The notes: generated from the sequence alone by a model not told the origin. A DNA stretch of 62,731 nt from an uncultured Acetobacteraceae bacterium (GCA_964657465.1 CAZZVD010000002.1:1-62731), one strand, 5' to 3'; counted from the first letter of the stretch, positions 1 through 9,731 are shown. Numbers and translations are program-made.

Positions 1-150
1 TTTTCGCGAGATGTGGGATTCCAAGGCTGTCCACCGGCTACTCTCCCCTGGAAACCGCTTTTGAACGACGGTGGTATACACCTACCACTCAGGGGCAGAG
101 GTTGGTGGAATCCCACACCTCGCGAAAAACGAGCGAGATGTGGGGCACCC
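1..150. repeat. Palindromic REP-like repeat cluster (left edge truncated by the window)
   Basis: 1-22 (ttttcgcgagatgtgggattcc) is the reverse complement of 107-128 (ggaatcccacacctcgcgaaaa) with one G:U-compatible mismatch. A third partial direct copy (gagcgagatgtgggg) lies at 131-145. An inner hairpin gtggta/taccac lies at 71-88. No convincing CDS. Confidence 0.5.
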
Positions 151-202
151 ATCATCTGTTACGGGCGTTACGGGACGGGCGGTGAGAAGTGCGGAGACCA
201 AT

Positions 203-236
203 AGAAAAGGCCATGCCCAGGGGGATGGCCTTTTCT
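203..236. terminator. Stem-loop terminator, usable in both orientations, just downstream of the anti-sigma gene
   Basis: agaaaaggccat (203-214) pairs with atggccttttct (225-236). T-rich runs follow the stem on both strands. It sits 32 nt past the stop of the minus-strand CDS ending at 268. Confidence 0.5.
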
Positions 237-267
237 GTAGCTGTTCTCTGTATACCCGGGCGCCGGC

Positions 268-504
268 TCAGCAGCCCTTTTTGCACTTGGCCAAAATCGC
301 TACCTGCAACCGCTCGCGCAGGCCCTCGGGTAGTTCGTAGACCTCGTGGTTGCGGTAGATCTCAATCGTCTTCTGCGTAGTGCGCAACGTGATAACGCAG
401 TGATCGCACCCGTCGAGATGCATTTGCAGGTCGGCTACCAGTCCGGTGGGCACCTGGTTGTCAAGAAAATCACCGAGTTGCGCCAGAAACTCTGAGCAGT
501 TCAT
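268..504 (-). CDS. Zinc-binding anti-sigma factor (ZAS-type)
   Basis: 78-aa ORF with an H-x3-C-x2-C motif (HLDGCDHC). Its start overlaps the stop of the upstream ECF sigma gene by 4 nt. Confidence 0.75.
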   Translation of the reverse strand: MNCSEFLAQLGDFLDNQVPTGLVADLQMHLDGCDHCVITLRTTQKTIEIYRNHEVYELPEGLRERLQVAILAKCKKGC

Positions 505-1193
505 TTGGTCCCATCCTCATTCTTACGGAAGTAGCGGCTCAACCGCTCCCGCAACTGCAGCCGCGCCCGTAAGAGCCGCGACTTGACTGCTGGCACGCTC
601 AGACCGAGCGTTTCCGCAGTTTCTTCCGTCGAAAGGCCTTCTACATCGCGCAAAACGAACACTACGCGAAACCCCGGCGGCAAGCCCTGAATCGTTTTGC
701 GGAGAATCTCGGCCAGCTCCGATTGCCCGTACATCATTTCGGGATCGGGTCTCCACTCGGCGAGATCGCGGGGCATTGAGCCTTCTTCCGTCTCAACATC
801 CTCGTCGATCGACACCATGCGTCCGGTGCGCCGCTTGCGCAGACGCATTAGGGACTCATTTACCGCAATCCGGACCAGCCATGTATAGAATTTCGAGTTG
901 CCCTGGAACTGTTCCAGCTTCTCGTACGCTTTTAGAAAGGCATCCTGTACCACATCTTCCGCATCCTCTCGGTTTTGCGTGATGTGTTGTGCGATGCGAA
1001 ATACCTGGCGATCGTACTGTTTCACCAGCTGTTCGAAGGCTTGTACATCGCCCCCTCGCGCACGGTTAACCAGTAGGATGTCAGGGTGAACTTCTTCAGT
1101 CCCTGTTGCTTGGATGATGGGCATGTCAGTCGGGTTCAGAAATTCGGCCTTTCCACAGCATTCTCCAGTGGGCGCTTGTGCGAATGCGGGCAA
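501..1193 (-). CDS. ECF-family RNA polymerase sigma-70 factor
   Basis: Region 2 (DAEDVVQDAFLKAY) and region 4 (LSTEETAETLGLSVPAVKSRL) signatures. Translationally coupled to the anti-sigma gene. An alternative start is at 1124 (MPIIQ...). Confidence 0.85.
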   Translation of the reverse strand: MPAFAQAPTGECCGKAEFLNPTDMPIIQATGTEEVHPDILLVNRARGGDVQAFEQLVKQYDRQVFRIAQHITQNREDAEDVVQDAFLKAYEKLEQFQGNSKFYTWLVRIAVNESLMRLRKRRTGRMVSIDEDVETEEGSMPRDLAEWRPDPEMMYGQSELAEILRKTIQGLPPGFRVVFVLRDVEGLSTEETAETLGLSVPAVKSRLLRARLQLRERLSRYFRKNEDGTK

Positions 1194-1543
1194 GGGAGAG
1201 GGGCATCATTGCTTAACCGTTTCGGGAGCAACTCCGCATCCCCCTCATACTAAATGGGCATGGCGGCACACGGCAAAATGCGTAATCTGCGAATAGGGTG
1301 AAGTCACGGCTCCGACCAAAGTGCATGCCGGCCTGATGATCATTCGGGCGGGTTTCGGCCTGGTGGTAGAAGGTTGTAAAACGATACGCACCGGCGAGCC
1401 AGAAAGCGAACGCTGCCGTGTTTGACTGGGTTCCTGACAGGTTTGACAGGGCGGTAAACCATACCCGCAACCTAATTTTCCGCTTAGAGTCTTATTAGAG
1501 CAGAAATGCCGCACGCCACACGAGCAGGCAGGGAAGTGACACA

Positions 1544-4006
1544 GTGGCGATAGCAATGAAGCGAAAAACGACTGCTGTATTACGAACGACTTTGCCTTGG
1601 ATGGTTTTGCTTGCGGTGAGCGGGGTGCCCGCCCTGTCGCAAACAAGCCAGCCCGCCCATAAGCACGCGCCGGCACAACACCATGCAGGCACAACGACCA
1701 CAAAGAAGACGGCCGCGGTTCATGGCAAAGCCACGGGTTCCAAACCCCACGTGCGCCACGTAAAGACCCGGCGCAAGCCGCGCAGTGCACGCAGCATTGC
1801 GCGCAGCCGCAAGTTGCAACGGGCGTTCGTCGCCTCATCGCAGCTGCGGCCCATGGCGCAGGAGCTGACGACGATGCGCACACCGGCCGCTTACACCGGC
1901 GTAACCAACTACGCGCGCTCGCATACCGGCGAAGCGGCGTCTGCTGCTTACCTGGCCCTGGGCCACGCGTACCTGCAGGATCGCCGCTATGCGGAAGCAG
2001 CCAGCAGCTTTCAAAAAGCGAATGCCGCGGGAACCACCCTGGATGATTACGCTGATTTCCTGGCCGCTCAGTCCTTGATGGAAGCGGGCAAGCTCGCGGA
2101 TGCAGAGACGCTACTGAAAAACTTTGCCACGAAATATCCAGACAGCATTTTTGTCGATCGCATGCCGGTGATGATTGCAAACCTTTCTTTGCAGCAAAAT
2201 GATGCAACGACTGCGCTCAATGTGTTGCAGGCGCATGCAGCAGACGATGCGGCAAAACACGCAGACTTTCAATTGGCACTGGCCCGCGCCCAACAGATGA
2301 GTGGGAGCGTGGAAGAAGCTTCACGACTGTATCGCCATATTTTTCTCGGTTTCCCTCTCAGCAATGAAGGCGCGCAAGCCAAAGCGCAGCTGGCGATCCT
2401 GGGCGCGACGCCGCCGCTCACCGCCGCAGAACGCAGAGCGCTCGCGGACGCGCTCTATGCCGGGGGACGCTACAACGACGCGGGGGACGAATACCGCGCG
2501 CTGGCGAATGATTCTCAATCGGATGCAAAGGCACGGAGCGCGCTGCTGGTGGCAGCCGCTGCGTGTGACTTCAAGAGCAAGCGGCTCAGCAAGGAAGCAG
2601 TCGAGGCATTGCCTGATTCAGCCGATGAGAGTGGAGCCCGCCGCATGTACCTGGCCGTCGAGCTGGCGCGCAGCCACGACGACAGCGGTGCCCAACAATC
2701 CCTGGTCACCCAGATGGAACAGCGTTTCCCCTCCAGCCCGTGGTTGGCGGAAGCGCTCTACACCTCGGGCAACATGTACCTGCTGCGTAAGGATTATCCG
2801 CAGGCGATCATTTACTTCAACGAGCTGGCCACGCGGTTTCCCGATCATCATTACGCGCCCAGCAGCCACTGGAAAGCGGCGTGGTTGAACTATCGGCTGG
2901 GGAACTACTCCGCCGCGGCGGTGATGTTCGACCAGCAGATTGCGAACTATGCTGGCGGCAAAGAAATACCCGCTGCGCTCTACTGGCGCGGTAAGCTCTA
3001 CGCCGAACAGGAGCATCAGCCCGCGATGGCCGCGGCTTACTACCAAACGGTTTCGCGCACGTTTGAACATTACTACTACGCGCAGATGGCACGCGTGCGG
3101 TTAGCCGAGCTGGGCGTCGTGGCGCCGGCAGACGTAGCGATGTTGAACAACATCCACCGGGAAGAAATTCCTGCGCTGACGGACGATGTGCCGCAGGACG
3201 ATGAACATGTGATCAAGGCGCGGCTGTTGGCCAACGCGGGGTTGAACGAATTTATCCCGCTCGAGATTCAGGCCGCGGACGGCAGCGAGCAGTGGGGCGC
3301 TTTTGCCGAAGCCGATATCTACGCTTCGGATGGTGAGATTTACCGGGCGATGCGCGTGCTCAAGAAAGCGCTTCCGTTCTACGCTTCGGCGCCGATTGAG
3401 AGCATCCCGATGGGCTGCTGGAAAATTCTGTTCCCTCAACCATACTGGAGCGCGATTCAACAGCAAGCTGCCAGGAACGGGCTCGACCCATACATGGTGG
3501 CCTCACTGATTCGGCAGGAATCAGAGTTCAACCCCGGCGCGATCAGCGGCGCGAACGCGTGGGGCCTGATGCAGTTATTGCCTTCGGTGGGCCGCTCCCT
3601 GGCCAGGGAAGAAGGCATTCGCCACTTCAACGAAGGCGAACTGCTGAATCCTGAAACCAACATTCGCCTCGGTACGCGTTACCTGAAGCAGACGCTCGAC
3701 AAATTCTCCGGCGAGGCCGCCTATGCCTTTGCCGCTTACAACGCGGGCGATAGCCGCGTGACCGATTGGCAATCCATTGGGAAGTACCACGGACTGGACG
3801 AGTTTGTGGAATCGATTCCGTTTACTGAGACCCGCGACTACGTGCAGGCCATTCTGCGCAACGAAGCGATTTATCGTGAGTTGAACAAAGCCCGCCCGGC
3901 CGCGAAGGATATGCAGGCCAGCGAAGTGCGGGGGGGCGCTAGTGGCGCGGCTCCGGCCACTTCGAATACCATGGCGCAAGGCAAGCCAGTGGTCACGCAG
4001 CCGTAG
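1544..4006 (+). CDS. Soluble lytic murein transglycosylase (TPR-like N-terminal superhelix plus C-terminal SLT domain)
   Basis: SLT catalytic signature LIRQESEFNPGAISGANAWGLMQLLP and AYNAG. N-terminal signal peptide. An alternative start is at 1556 (MKRKTT). Confidence 0.85.
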   Translation: MAIAMKRKTTAVLRTTLPWMVLLAVSGVPALSQTSQPAHKHAPAQHHAGTTTTKKTAAVHGKATGSKPHVRHVKTRRKPRSARSIARSRKLQRAFVASSQLRPMAQELTTMRTPAAYTGVTNYARSHTGEAASAAYLALGHAYLQDRRYAEAASSFQKANAAGTTLDDYADFLAAQSLMEAGKLADAETLLKNFATKYPDSIFVDRMPVMIANLSLQQNDATTALNVLQAHAADDAAKHADFQLALARAQQMSGSVEEASRLYRHIFLGFPLSNEGAQAKAQLAILGATPPLTAAERRALADALYAGGRYNDAGDEYRALANDSQSDAKARSALLVAAAACDFKSKRLSKEAVEALPDSADESGARRMYLAVELARSHDDSGAQQSLVTQMEQRFPSSPWLAEALYTSGNMYLLRKDYPQAIIYFNELATRFPDHHYAPSSHWKAAWLNYRLGNYSAAAVMFDQQIANYAGGKEIPAALYWRGKLYAEQEHQPAMAAAYYQTVSRTFEHYYYAQMARVRLAELGVVAPADVAMLNNIHREEIPALTDDVPQDDEHVIKARLLANAGLNEFIPLEIQAADGSEQWGAFAEADIYASDGEIYRAMRVLKKALPFYASAPIESIPMGCWKILFPQPYWSAIQQQAARNGLDPYMVASLIRQESEFNPGAISGANAWGLMQLLPSVGRSLAREEGIRHFNEGELLNPETNIRLGTRYLKQTLDKFSGEAAYAFAAYNAGDSRVTDWQSIGKYHGLDEFVESIPFTETRDYVQAILRNEAIYRELNKARPAAKDMQASEVRGGASGAAPATSNTMAQGKPVVTQP

Positions 4007-4699
4007 TGTATGCATGTTTGGTGCGCCAGCGAAAGGAATTCATGCAGGCGGACGAAACGTGGATTGACGAAAGAGTGGCACGCCGAAAGAATGAGCCATG
4101 TTTGGTCGGCGGCCAGGAGAGTGCAGGGCATTTCATTTGACCGCGGCAGGTGACTCAGCCAATGGGTAAGTATTCGCAGGAGAGGTTCCCCCGGCTTGCG
4201 ATTGTGGGCTCGCACGGAAGACAGCAGGACGTAAGGCCGGCGGCAGATCGCTGGTGGGCCTCTGAGCGCACCTTTGCGTTGCGCTCCGGCGATGGGGAAA
4301 ATAGCCCCACTGGCTGCTACAGCGAGAGCAATCCTCGTATGGCGGTCATGCCAGACTCATCGCGTGGCTGGCTGGCGACCGCGCTCTTCACCCTTTGGCG
4401 CAAGGTAGCGAGCTATTTCGCCACGCCGGATTCACTGCGACGCCCCGCGGCCGTGCTCTCATTCCGGCGCCATGCGTTGCGCGGTCACCATGTTCGCCCG
4501 GAGTTTGCCGGCGAGACCTTCGCCAGCAAAAAGAACAATGGCAGTTTCCATTGGAGCCATGAGGAAGAATCGCCACGGGAGGGTGGCCGAGGATAAGCAA
4601 CGCACGATCGAGCAAGCGACAGTCAGAAAAGAAAGTGTTCCTGCACGCTACATAACAAGTGGTGGACCGCACTTCACAGGATCGCACAGGAGGAATGGC

Positions 4700-4963
4700 A
4701 TGTTGACGGATCTTGAGTTGCTTGGTGAGTGGATTCCAGAGCAAATGGAACCCGGAACCTTGTTTGTGCTGGAGAACACGGGAGCGATGGGCGAGGCGAA
4801 CAACCCATACGTCGCTGTGCTGGCGTGCCCGCAATGCGGCGCGCTGGGACTGATCACGAAAACCCAGTATGTTGGCATGGAATCGATGATCTGCGGTTCC
4901 GACAATTGTTCCTCGGAGTACTACCTGAACGACGAAGGCATCGAGTACCGCAAGCCGCACTAA
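4700..4963 (+). CDS. Small hypothetical protein with a Cys-rich zinc-ribbon-like motif
   Basis: AGGAGG lies 5 nt upstream of the ATG at 4700. Motif CPQCG...CGSDNC. The longer 4472 start has no RBS support. Confidence 0.45.
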   Translation: MLTDLELLGEWIPEQMEPGTLFVLENTGAMGEANNPYVAVLACPQCGALGLITKTQYVGMESMICGSDNCSSEYYLNDEGIEYRKPH

Positions 4964-5090
4964 GCGAAAGGTGCAGTGAGTTGAGCAACAGGTGCCCTGT
5001 TCTTCCAACGCAGTTGGTTGGGGAAGCAGGGCATTTTGCTGTTTGCGCAGAGGGCTTGCCAATTGCATGATGGGGAAGGAAGGGAAGTGT

Positions 5091-5906
5091 ATGCGCACGC
5101 CGCTTTATCAGGTCGATGCTTTCGCCAGCCGCCCGTTCCAGGGAAATCCTGCTGCGGTCATGCCGATGAAGCAATTTCCGGCGGATTCGACGATGCTGGC
5201 AATTGCGGAAGAGAACCATCTTTCGGAGACCGCCTTCCTGGTGCCTGAGGCTGGCGAGTATCGCCTGCGCTGGTTCACTCCCATGGTTGAGGTGCCCCTT
5301 TGCGGGCACGCCACGCTGGCGTCTGCCGCCGTGGTGATGGAGCGGCTCGAGCCTGGCCGCACGCGAGTTGTTTTCCATACCGCCAGTGGTGCGTTGACGG
5401 TGAGATCCAATGTGAGCAATGGGGGCGCCGGGTATGTGATGGATCTGCCGGCACGCCCGTCTCAACAGATCGAGACGCCCGTGGGTCTGGCTGCAGCGCT
5501 GGGGATTGTTCCCCGGGAGGTGTGGTCGAACGAATTCAATTACCTGGCTGTTCTGGAGGATGCCGATGCCGTGCGGCATCTTGCTCCGGACATGGCCGGA
5601 TTCGCCGAGGTAGACCGGCCCGGAGTGATCGTGAGTGCTGTTGGCGATGGGGGTTACGACATGGTGAGCCGCTACTTCGCGCCAAAGAAAGGGATACCCG
5701 AAGACCCGGTGACCGGCGCTGCGCACTGCATGCTGGCGCCTTATTGGGCGGCGCGGCTGGGGAAGGCGGAGCTTCGGGCATTTCAGGCGTCTCGACGCGG
5801 CGGCGAGATGCTCTGCCGCCTCCTGAACGATCGCGTGGAGTTGGAAGGTGGCTGCGTGTTTTACCTGGAGGGTGCGGTGGAGCTTGGGGCCAGCCACCTG
5901 GGGTAA
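5091..5906 (+). CDS. PhzF-family isomerase
   Basis: The N-terminus MRTPLYQVDAFASRPFQGNPAAV and overall length are typical of the PhzF family. The start was chosen at the internal ATG behind a GGAAGG RBS. Confidence 0.8.
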   Translation: MRTPLYQVDAFASRPFQGNPAAVMPMKQFPADSTMLAIAEENHLSETAFLVPEAGEYRLRWFTPMVEVPLCGHATLASAAVVMERLEPGRTRVVFHTASGALTVRSNVSNGGAGYVMDLPARPSQQIETPVGLAAALGIVPREVWSNEFNYLAVLEDADAVRHLAPDMAGFAEVDRPGVIVSAVGDGGYDMVSRYFAPKKGIPEDPVTGAAHCMLAPYWAARLGKAELRAFQASRRGGEMLCRLLNDRVELEGGCVFYLEGAVELGASHLG

Positions 5907-6001
5907 GCAGCCGTGAGCGTCGGGTTTTGAGTGCATTCCGGGGGCTATGCCATACTGAGGTGGCACGCCAGGATGCAGGCTCAAGGAGCCTTCATCCGCC
6001 C

Positions 6002-6090
6002 GCCCGGATGGCGAAATTGGCAGACGCAGCGGACTTAAAATCCGTAGCCCTTCGATGGGTGTGGGGGTTCAAGTCCCCCTCCGGGCACCA
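6002..6090 (+). tRNA. tRNA-Leu (anticodon UAA), class II with long variable arm, CCA encoded
   Basis: Acceptor stem gcccgga/tccgggc. Anticodon stem-loop gcgga-cttaaaa-tccgt. T-arm ggggg-ttcaagt-ccccc. 3' terminal acca. Confidence 0.9.
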
Positions 6091-6552
6091 TAGAAGACAG
6101 CTTGTAAGTCCTCAAAAATGAAAAGCTTATGAGATGCACAGTCTTTGCCGCTGGGCGGCATCTCGGTTCGAAAGACTATCTTCGGGTACAGAAACAGGTA
6201 CAGTCCGCATCATCTTTATTTCCATAGATTAAGAGAGGCGGGCTTTTCTGGACATCGGCTGGTTATGTTTGACTTGCCTTACTTACGCTAGATTACGGGG
6301 TGCGTAGCGGATTATAGGGAATCGCCTGTCGAGGAGTCATCTGAGCCTCGCTGGCAAGTTCAGAGACCCGGGCGCTTGCCTTGAAATAGTATCAGCGGTT
6401 ATTTCTAAATGCCTCATGCGGGTCGAGAATGTGAGAATCTTCAAAGTAAGCGTCCGAACTTCCCCTCTGGCGTAGGGCTGGGTTTCGAGCCTGAGCATAG
6501 CGTCATGGATCAACCAAAGGGAGTTGAACGTCTGTTCGTCAGCGCCTGGATT

Positions 6553-6708
6553 GTGGCGGCGGGCTGCGTCAGTTCGGCGAAGATGTTTCTGAGCAACTGG
6601 AGCGCATTCCGGCCACCTACAAGGTCATTCCAGCATGTGCGCCCGAAGTTTTGCCTGCGGGGCCTGCGAGCAAGTTGAAACAGAAGCTGTTAGCGCAGTG
6701 CCGATCTA
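6553..6708 (+). mobile_element. IS66-family transposase remnant (internal zinc-finger region, at least two frameshifts, both ends missing)
   Basis: Read across three frames it gives CGGGLRQFGEDVSEQLERIPATYKVI / QHVRPKF / ACGACEQVETEAVSAVPI. This matches the conserved IS66 Tnp block (...GEDVSE.LE..PA.FKVIRHVRPKYACR.CE...). Confidence 0.6.
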
Positions 6709-7277
6709 GAATTATTTGGGATCATCTGGGCTGTTTTCATCCGGAGGTTGTTCCCATATTGCTTCCGGGTCTTCGTCACTGGCACGAGCACCCGGTCTGG
6801 GGAAGTCCTTACGTCACTCGATTTGGAGTACGCCATGGCTTCCATCCTTCTTCTAGATGACGGCCTCAACCTCTGAGGTGTACGGTCGGCCTCTATTTTG
6901 TCCCGAGAGAGATGTGATAGACCTGACCTTCGAGATTTTTAAGATCTAAAGTCCACGGTGTATGTTGATGGTGGACGTAGTAAAAGGCTAGGGATGACGC
7001 AACGAGTATCGACAGGGCTAACCCAAGCGGCCCGATCAACGGTGAAGCCGTAATGCCCACGAATACGCTCCTCATCTGCCTTGTACCTTAACGGCGCGAG
7101 AGCATCGTACTGAGGGGCGTCGGGTGTAGAAGATAAACTCGCGAAGGGGGCTGCGGGTGCTGAAAGGGCACGCTTCAACTCTCGGCATCTAGCCAAGCGC
7201 ACCTGTTGCTTCCGCTGTGACCAAATGATCGCCATGCAAACAAATAGGATTTAGAGTATTCGAGGAGGTCGAAAAAT

Positions 7278-7838
7278 ATGGCATCAGTGCAGAGCGCAAT
7301 CGCTTCGATGGTGAAAAATATTGAGGAGAAAACAGGCAAGTCTCTTCCGAACTGGATTAATCTTTCTCGATCATCCGGCTTCAGTAAGCACGGCGAAATC
7401 GTCGCGTGGTTGAAATCAAAGCATCAATTAAGTCACGGCTATGCCAACTTCATCGCGAAGGAATCGCTGAAAGACAATCCAGGTTCAGAGACCCCGAGCA
7501 GCTTGGTGGATGCGCAGTACGCAGGCGGAAAAGCAACGCTGCGGCCGCTGTACGAGAAACTGATTGAAACCGCGAAATCCCTCGGGACAGATATCGAAAT
7601 CGCTCCGAAAAAGGCGAATGTAAGTGTCCGCCGCAACAAGCAGTTTGCCCTGCTTCAGCCGACGACACAGACGCGCATCGATGTTGGCTTGATACTGAAG
7701 GGGGTGAAACCGGCGGGCCGGCTCGAGGCTTCGGGTAGCTTCAATGCCATGTTTACCCACCGTCTTCGCGTCGAGACGATAAAAGACATCGATGTCGAGT
7801 TCAAACGTTGGTTGAAACAAGCCTACGACGAAGCATAG
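7278..7838 (+). CDS. DUF4287/DUF5655 domain protein
   Basis: GAGGAGG RBS. The N-terminal block KTGKSLPNWINL...HGEIVAWLKSKHQLSHGYANFI is typical of DUF4287. Confidence 0.7.
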   Translation: MASVQSAIASMVKNIEEKTGKSLPNWINLSRSSGFSKHGEIVAWLKSKHQLSHGYANFIAKESLKDNPGSETPSSLVDAQYAGGKATLRPLYEKLIETAKSLGTDIEIAPKKANVSVRRNKQFALLQPTTQTRIDVGLILKGVKPAGRLEASGSFNAMFTHRLRVETIKDIDVEFKRWLKQAYDEA

Positions 7839-7853
7839 ACTGACAACCGTCGC

Positions 7854-8417
7854 TCATGGTTGCTTTTGGACGGTGCCTGCGATGTAACTGGTAAAGCGTT
7901 GTGACGTCGCGGCTTGCGCAATCTGAAAATCGATGGCTAATCGACCGTTGGCCTGCTGGGCATAGGTGAAACGGAAGCGTGGAAAGCCGGCGGCGCCTTC
8001 CGTCGAAGTCATCACGACTTTAGCCGGAGATGAGCTGACCGACACGTTGAAGGTCAGAAAATGGCCCTCATTGTCAAATAGATCGGCGCGCTGCTTAAGT
8101 CCGTACAAATAGACGTACACGATGCTGCGGTAAGTAAATTCAGGCTTTCCCGCTTGCGCGGCGAACTGTTGCTGACTGGTAAACACAAGGACTTTGCCGT
8201 CCAGATCTTGTTTGAAGGTAAACTGTCCGGGACCCTCGCCGGCGAACCCTTTGCCGGTGCCCCCCCAGGTGCCCATGAGGAATTGCCAGTCCCGCCATTG
8301 ATACATGCGATCGCGCGCCGTACGGTAAGACAGATCCTGGGCGTCTACCTTTGGGTGCGGTGCCTGGGCCGGACATGCCATTGCAACCAGCAGTGCAGCA
8401 AGAGTAATCCGTTTCAT
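7854..8417 (-). CDS. Secreted hypothetical protein (paralog of 49963-50490)
   Basis: Signal peptide MKRITLAALLVAMACPAQA. Aligns along its length with the 49963-50490 product (GTWGG../GHWFA.., FDNEGH/FDNEGN, GRLAIDFQI/GKLAIKFEM). Starts 24 nt after the upstream gene's stop. Confidence 0.7.
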   Translation of the reverse strand: MKRITLAALLVAMACPAQAPHPKVDAQDLSYRTARDRMYQWRDWQFLMGTWGGTGKGFAGEGPGQFTFKQDLDGKVLVFTSQQQFAAQAGKPEFTYRSIVYVYLYGLKQRADLFDNEGHFLTFNVSVSSSPAKVVMTSTEGAAGFPRFRFTYAQQANGRLAIDFQIAQAATSQRFTSYIAGTVQKQP

Positions 8418-8441
8418 AGTTGCCTTTCATTCGCCAGCCAG

Positions 8442-9731
8442 TCACAGATCCAGGGTCGTAGAGTTGCGGTTGGGCAGTGTGCCTCGCTCATACGCTCGCT
8501 GGACGGTAGCGATCGATTCTGGTGTGTAGCGGCCGCTCAGTTTCGAACTCATGTCCGGCCGAGTGCGATACACGATTTCCTCAAGGTCCAGCAGGTGGCT
8601 GTGAAACGCAGCGGATAGGTCTTCAGCATGGCTGATCGCCGTTTCTCGGGCGATGTGTCGCGGGCCCAGGCTGGTGTGGGCGATCTCTGCAAACGACTGA
8701 AGTTGATGCTTTTTTAGCAGGGACGCGACCATTAGGTTTTTGCGGTCATTATGAATCTGTTGCGGTTCGTTAAAGGGGAAAAACATGTGGTAATTATGGC
8801 GATCACCGGTCACCGTGCGATAGGTGAGCATGGGAGTATCCGTCTCGCGTGCGGCGCGGACCAGATGCTTTTGGACAAAAAGCTCGAATTCCGGAACTGT
8901 CGGCATGTTCACATTCATCGATAGCTTTCGCCAGTAAGCACCGAAGCGAAAATAGCGCCTCTTGTTGAGAGGCGGCGCGTTGGTCACCTGGTCCCGATAG
9001 GCCAGGATTTTATCTGCCGCGGGCACGATGTATTTGTGGACGAAATCTTCAAACTCTGGCTCCACCCCCGGTTGCACGTAGAGATAAACAACGCGAAGAT
9101 ATCGTCCCAGATCATAGGGAACCTTCCCCGTCTCAGTCGCCGTCGCGCCGGTGTAGGACAACTCGGGCGCCACCAGGGCCACCGTTTTAGATTCCCCGAA
9201 CTGCATACCGTAGAGGTGTTTAAAGCGTTGCCATGATTCCGAAGCAGGGTCGAGTTCGTCGTCTCCCTTGTCCAGAGCCCACTGCACGCGCAGGGGCATG
9301 ATTTCGCTGTCGAGCTGATCGCCCAGGTTTTCAAAAGGAAACAACAGCGTGTACAAGTTGTCGCGCGCGGAGTCGCCGGTTTGATCTCTCAGGTAGCCTG
9401 CATTTGGGTTGTACTCCGACAGCTCGAGTTCGCAATCATCGAATGCATGATTGTGCAGATCGTAAGACATCTTGTGTGGGGCGGCGCCCGGAGGGCCAGG
9501 CTTGACCGCAGGAGGTTTGGGCTTTGTGAATCGTCTTTGCGCGGTAAGCCCAAACTGGGCTTGAACCGCTCCTCACGAGCCGCCGTCAGCCAGTTGCCGG
9601 AGCCGCGGCATAAGGTCCGAATTCGGACTGGGTACTGCCTTCTGTTTCTCAGGAACACTCTGACCCATTAGTCGGGAGGTTCCATATCCTAGAGCCGTCG
9701 TCGCAAGATGTAGAAAGGTTCGCCGTTTCAT
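8442..9731 (-). CDS. Candidate TAT-exported selenoprotein, uncharacterised family (in-frame UGA at 9573-9575 = codon 53); paralog of 36144-37430
   Basis: The ORF track splits it into 9573-9791 (MKRRTFLHL... twin-arginine signal) and 8442-9470. Both are in the same frame with no other stop between them. The sequence after the TGA (GAVQAQFGL) is conserved with the paralog. A SECIS-like hairpin lies 10 nt downstream. The gene lies directly downstream of selC-selA-selB. The conservative alternative is two separate ORFs. Confidence 0.6.
9541..9569 (-). promoter_or_regulatory. SECIS-like stem-loop downstream of the in-frame UGA
   Basis: Minus-strand reading: UGA-gga-GCGGT-tc-AAGCCCA-guu-UGGGCUU-ACCGC. 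The 17-nt upper hairpin (9546-9562) starts 10 nt after the UGA and has G-U in the apical loop. The lower stem has a 2-nt bulge. Confidence 0.55.

Noticed and set aside
1245-2207. 320-aa minus-strand ORF antisense to the lytic transglycosylase gene
   Set aside because: It is a shadow ORF typical of GC-rich DNA. It is Arg/Pro/Cys/Ser-rich with no motifs, while the plus-strand frame carries clear SLT homology.
4016-4699. ORFs 4150-4596 (+) and 4388-5098 (-) in the Slt-downstream gap
   Set aside because: They overlap each other, have no RBS or motifs, and have skewed Arg/Gly/Pro composition. They are left unannotated.
4854-5984. 376-aa minus-strand ORF
   Set aside because: It is antisense to the PhzF-family gene, has low-complexity Arg/His/Pro-rich translation, and has no recognisable domain.
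5300-6121. 273-aa plus-strand ORF running through the tRNA-Leu gene
   Set aside because: It is an alternative frame of the PhzF gene with Arg/Gly-rich nonsense composition, and it overlaps a well-folded tRNA.
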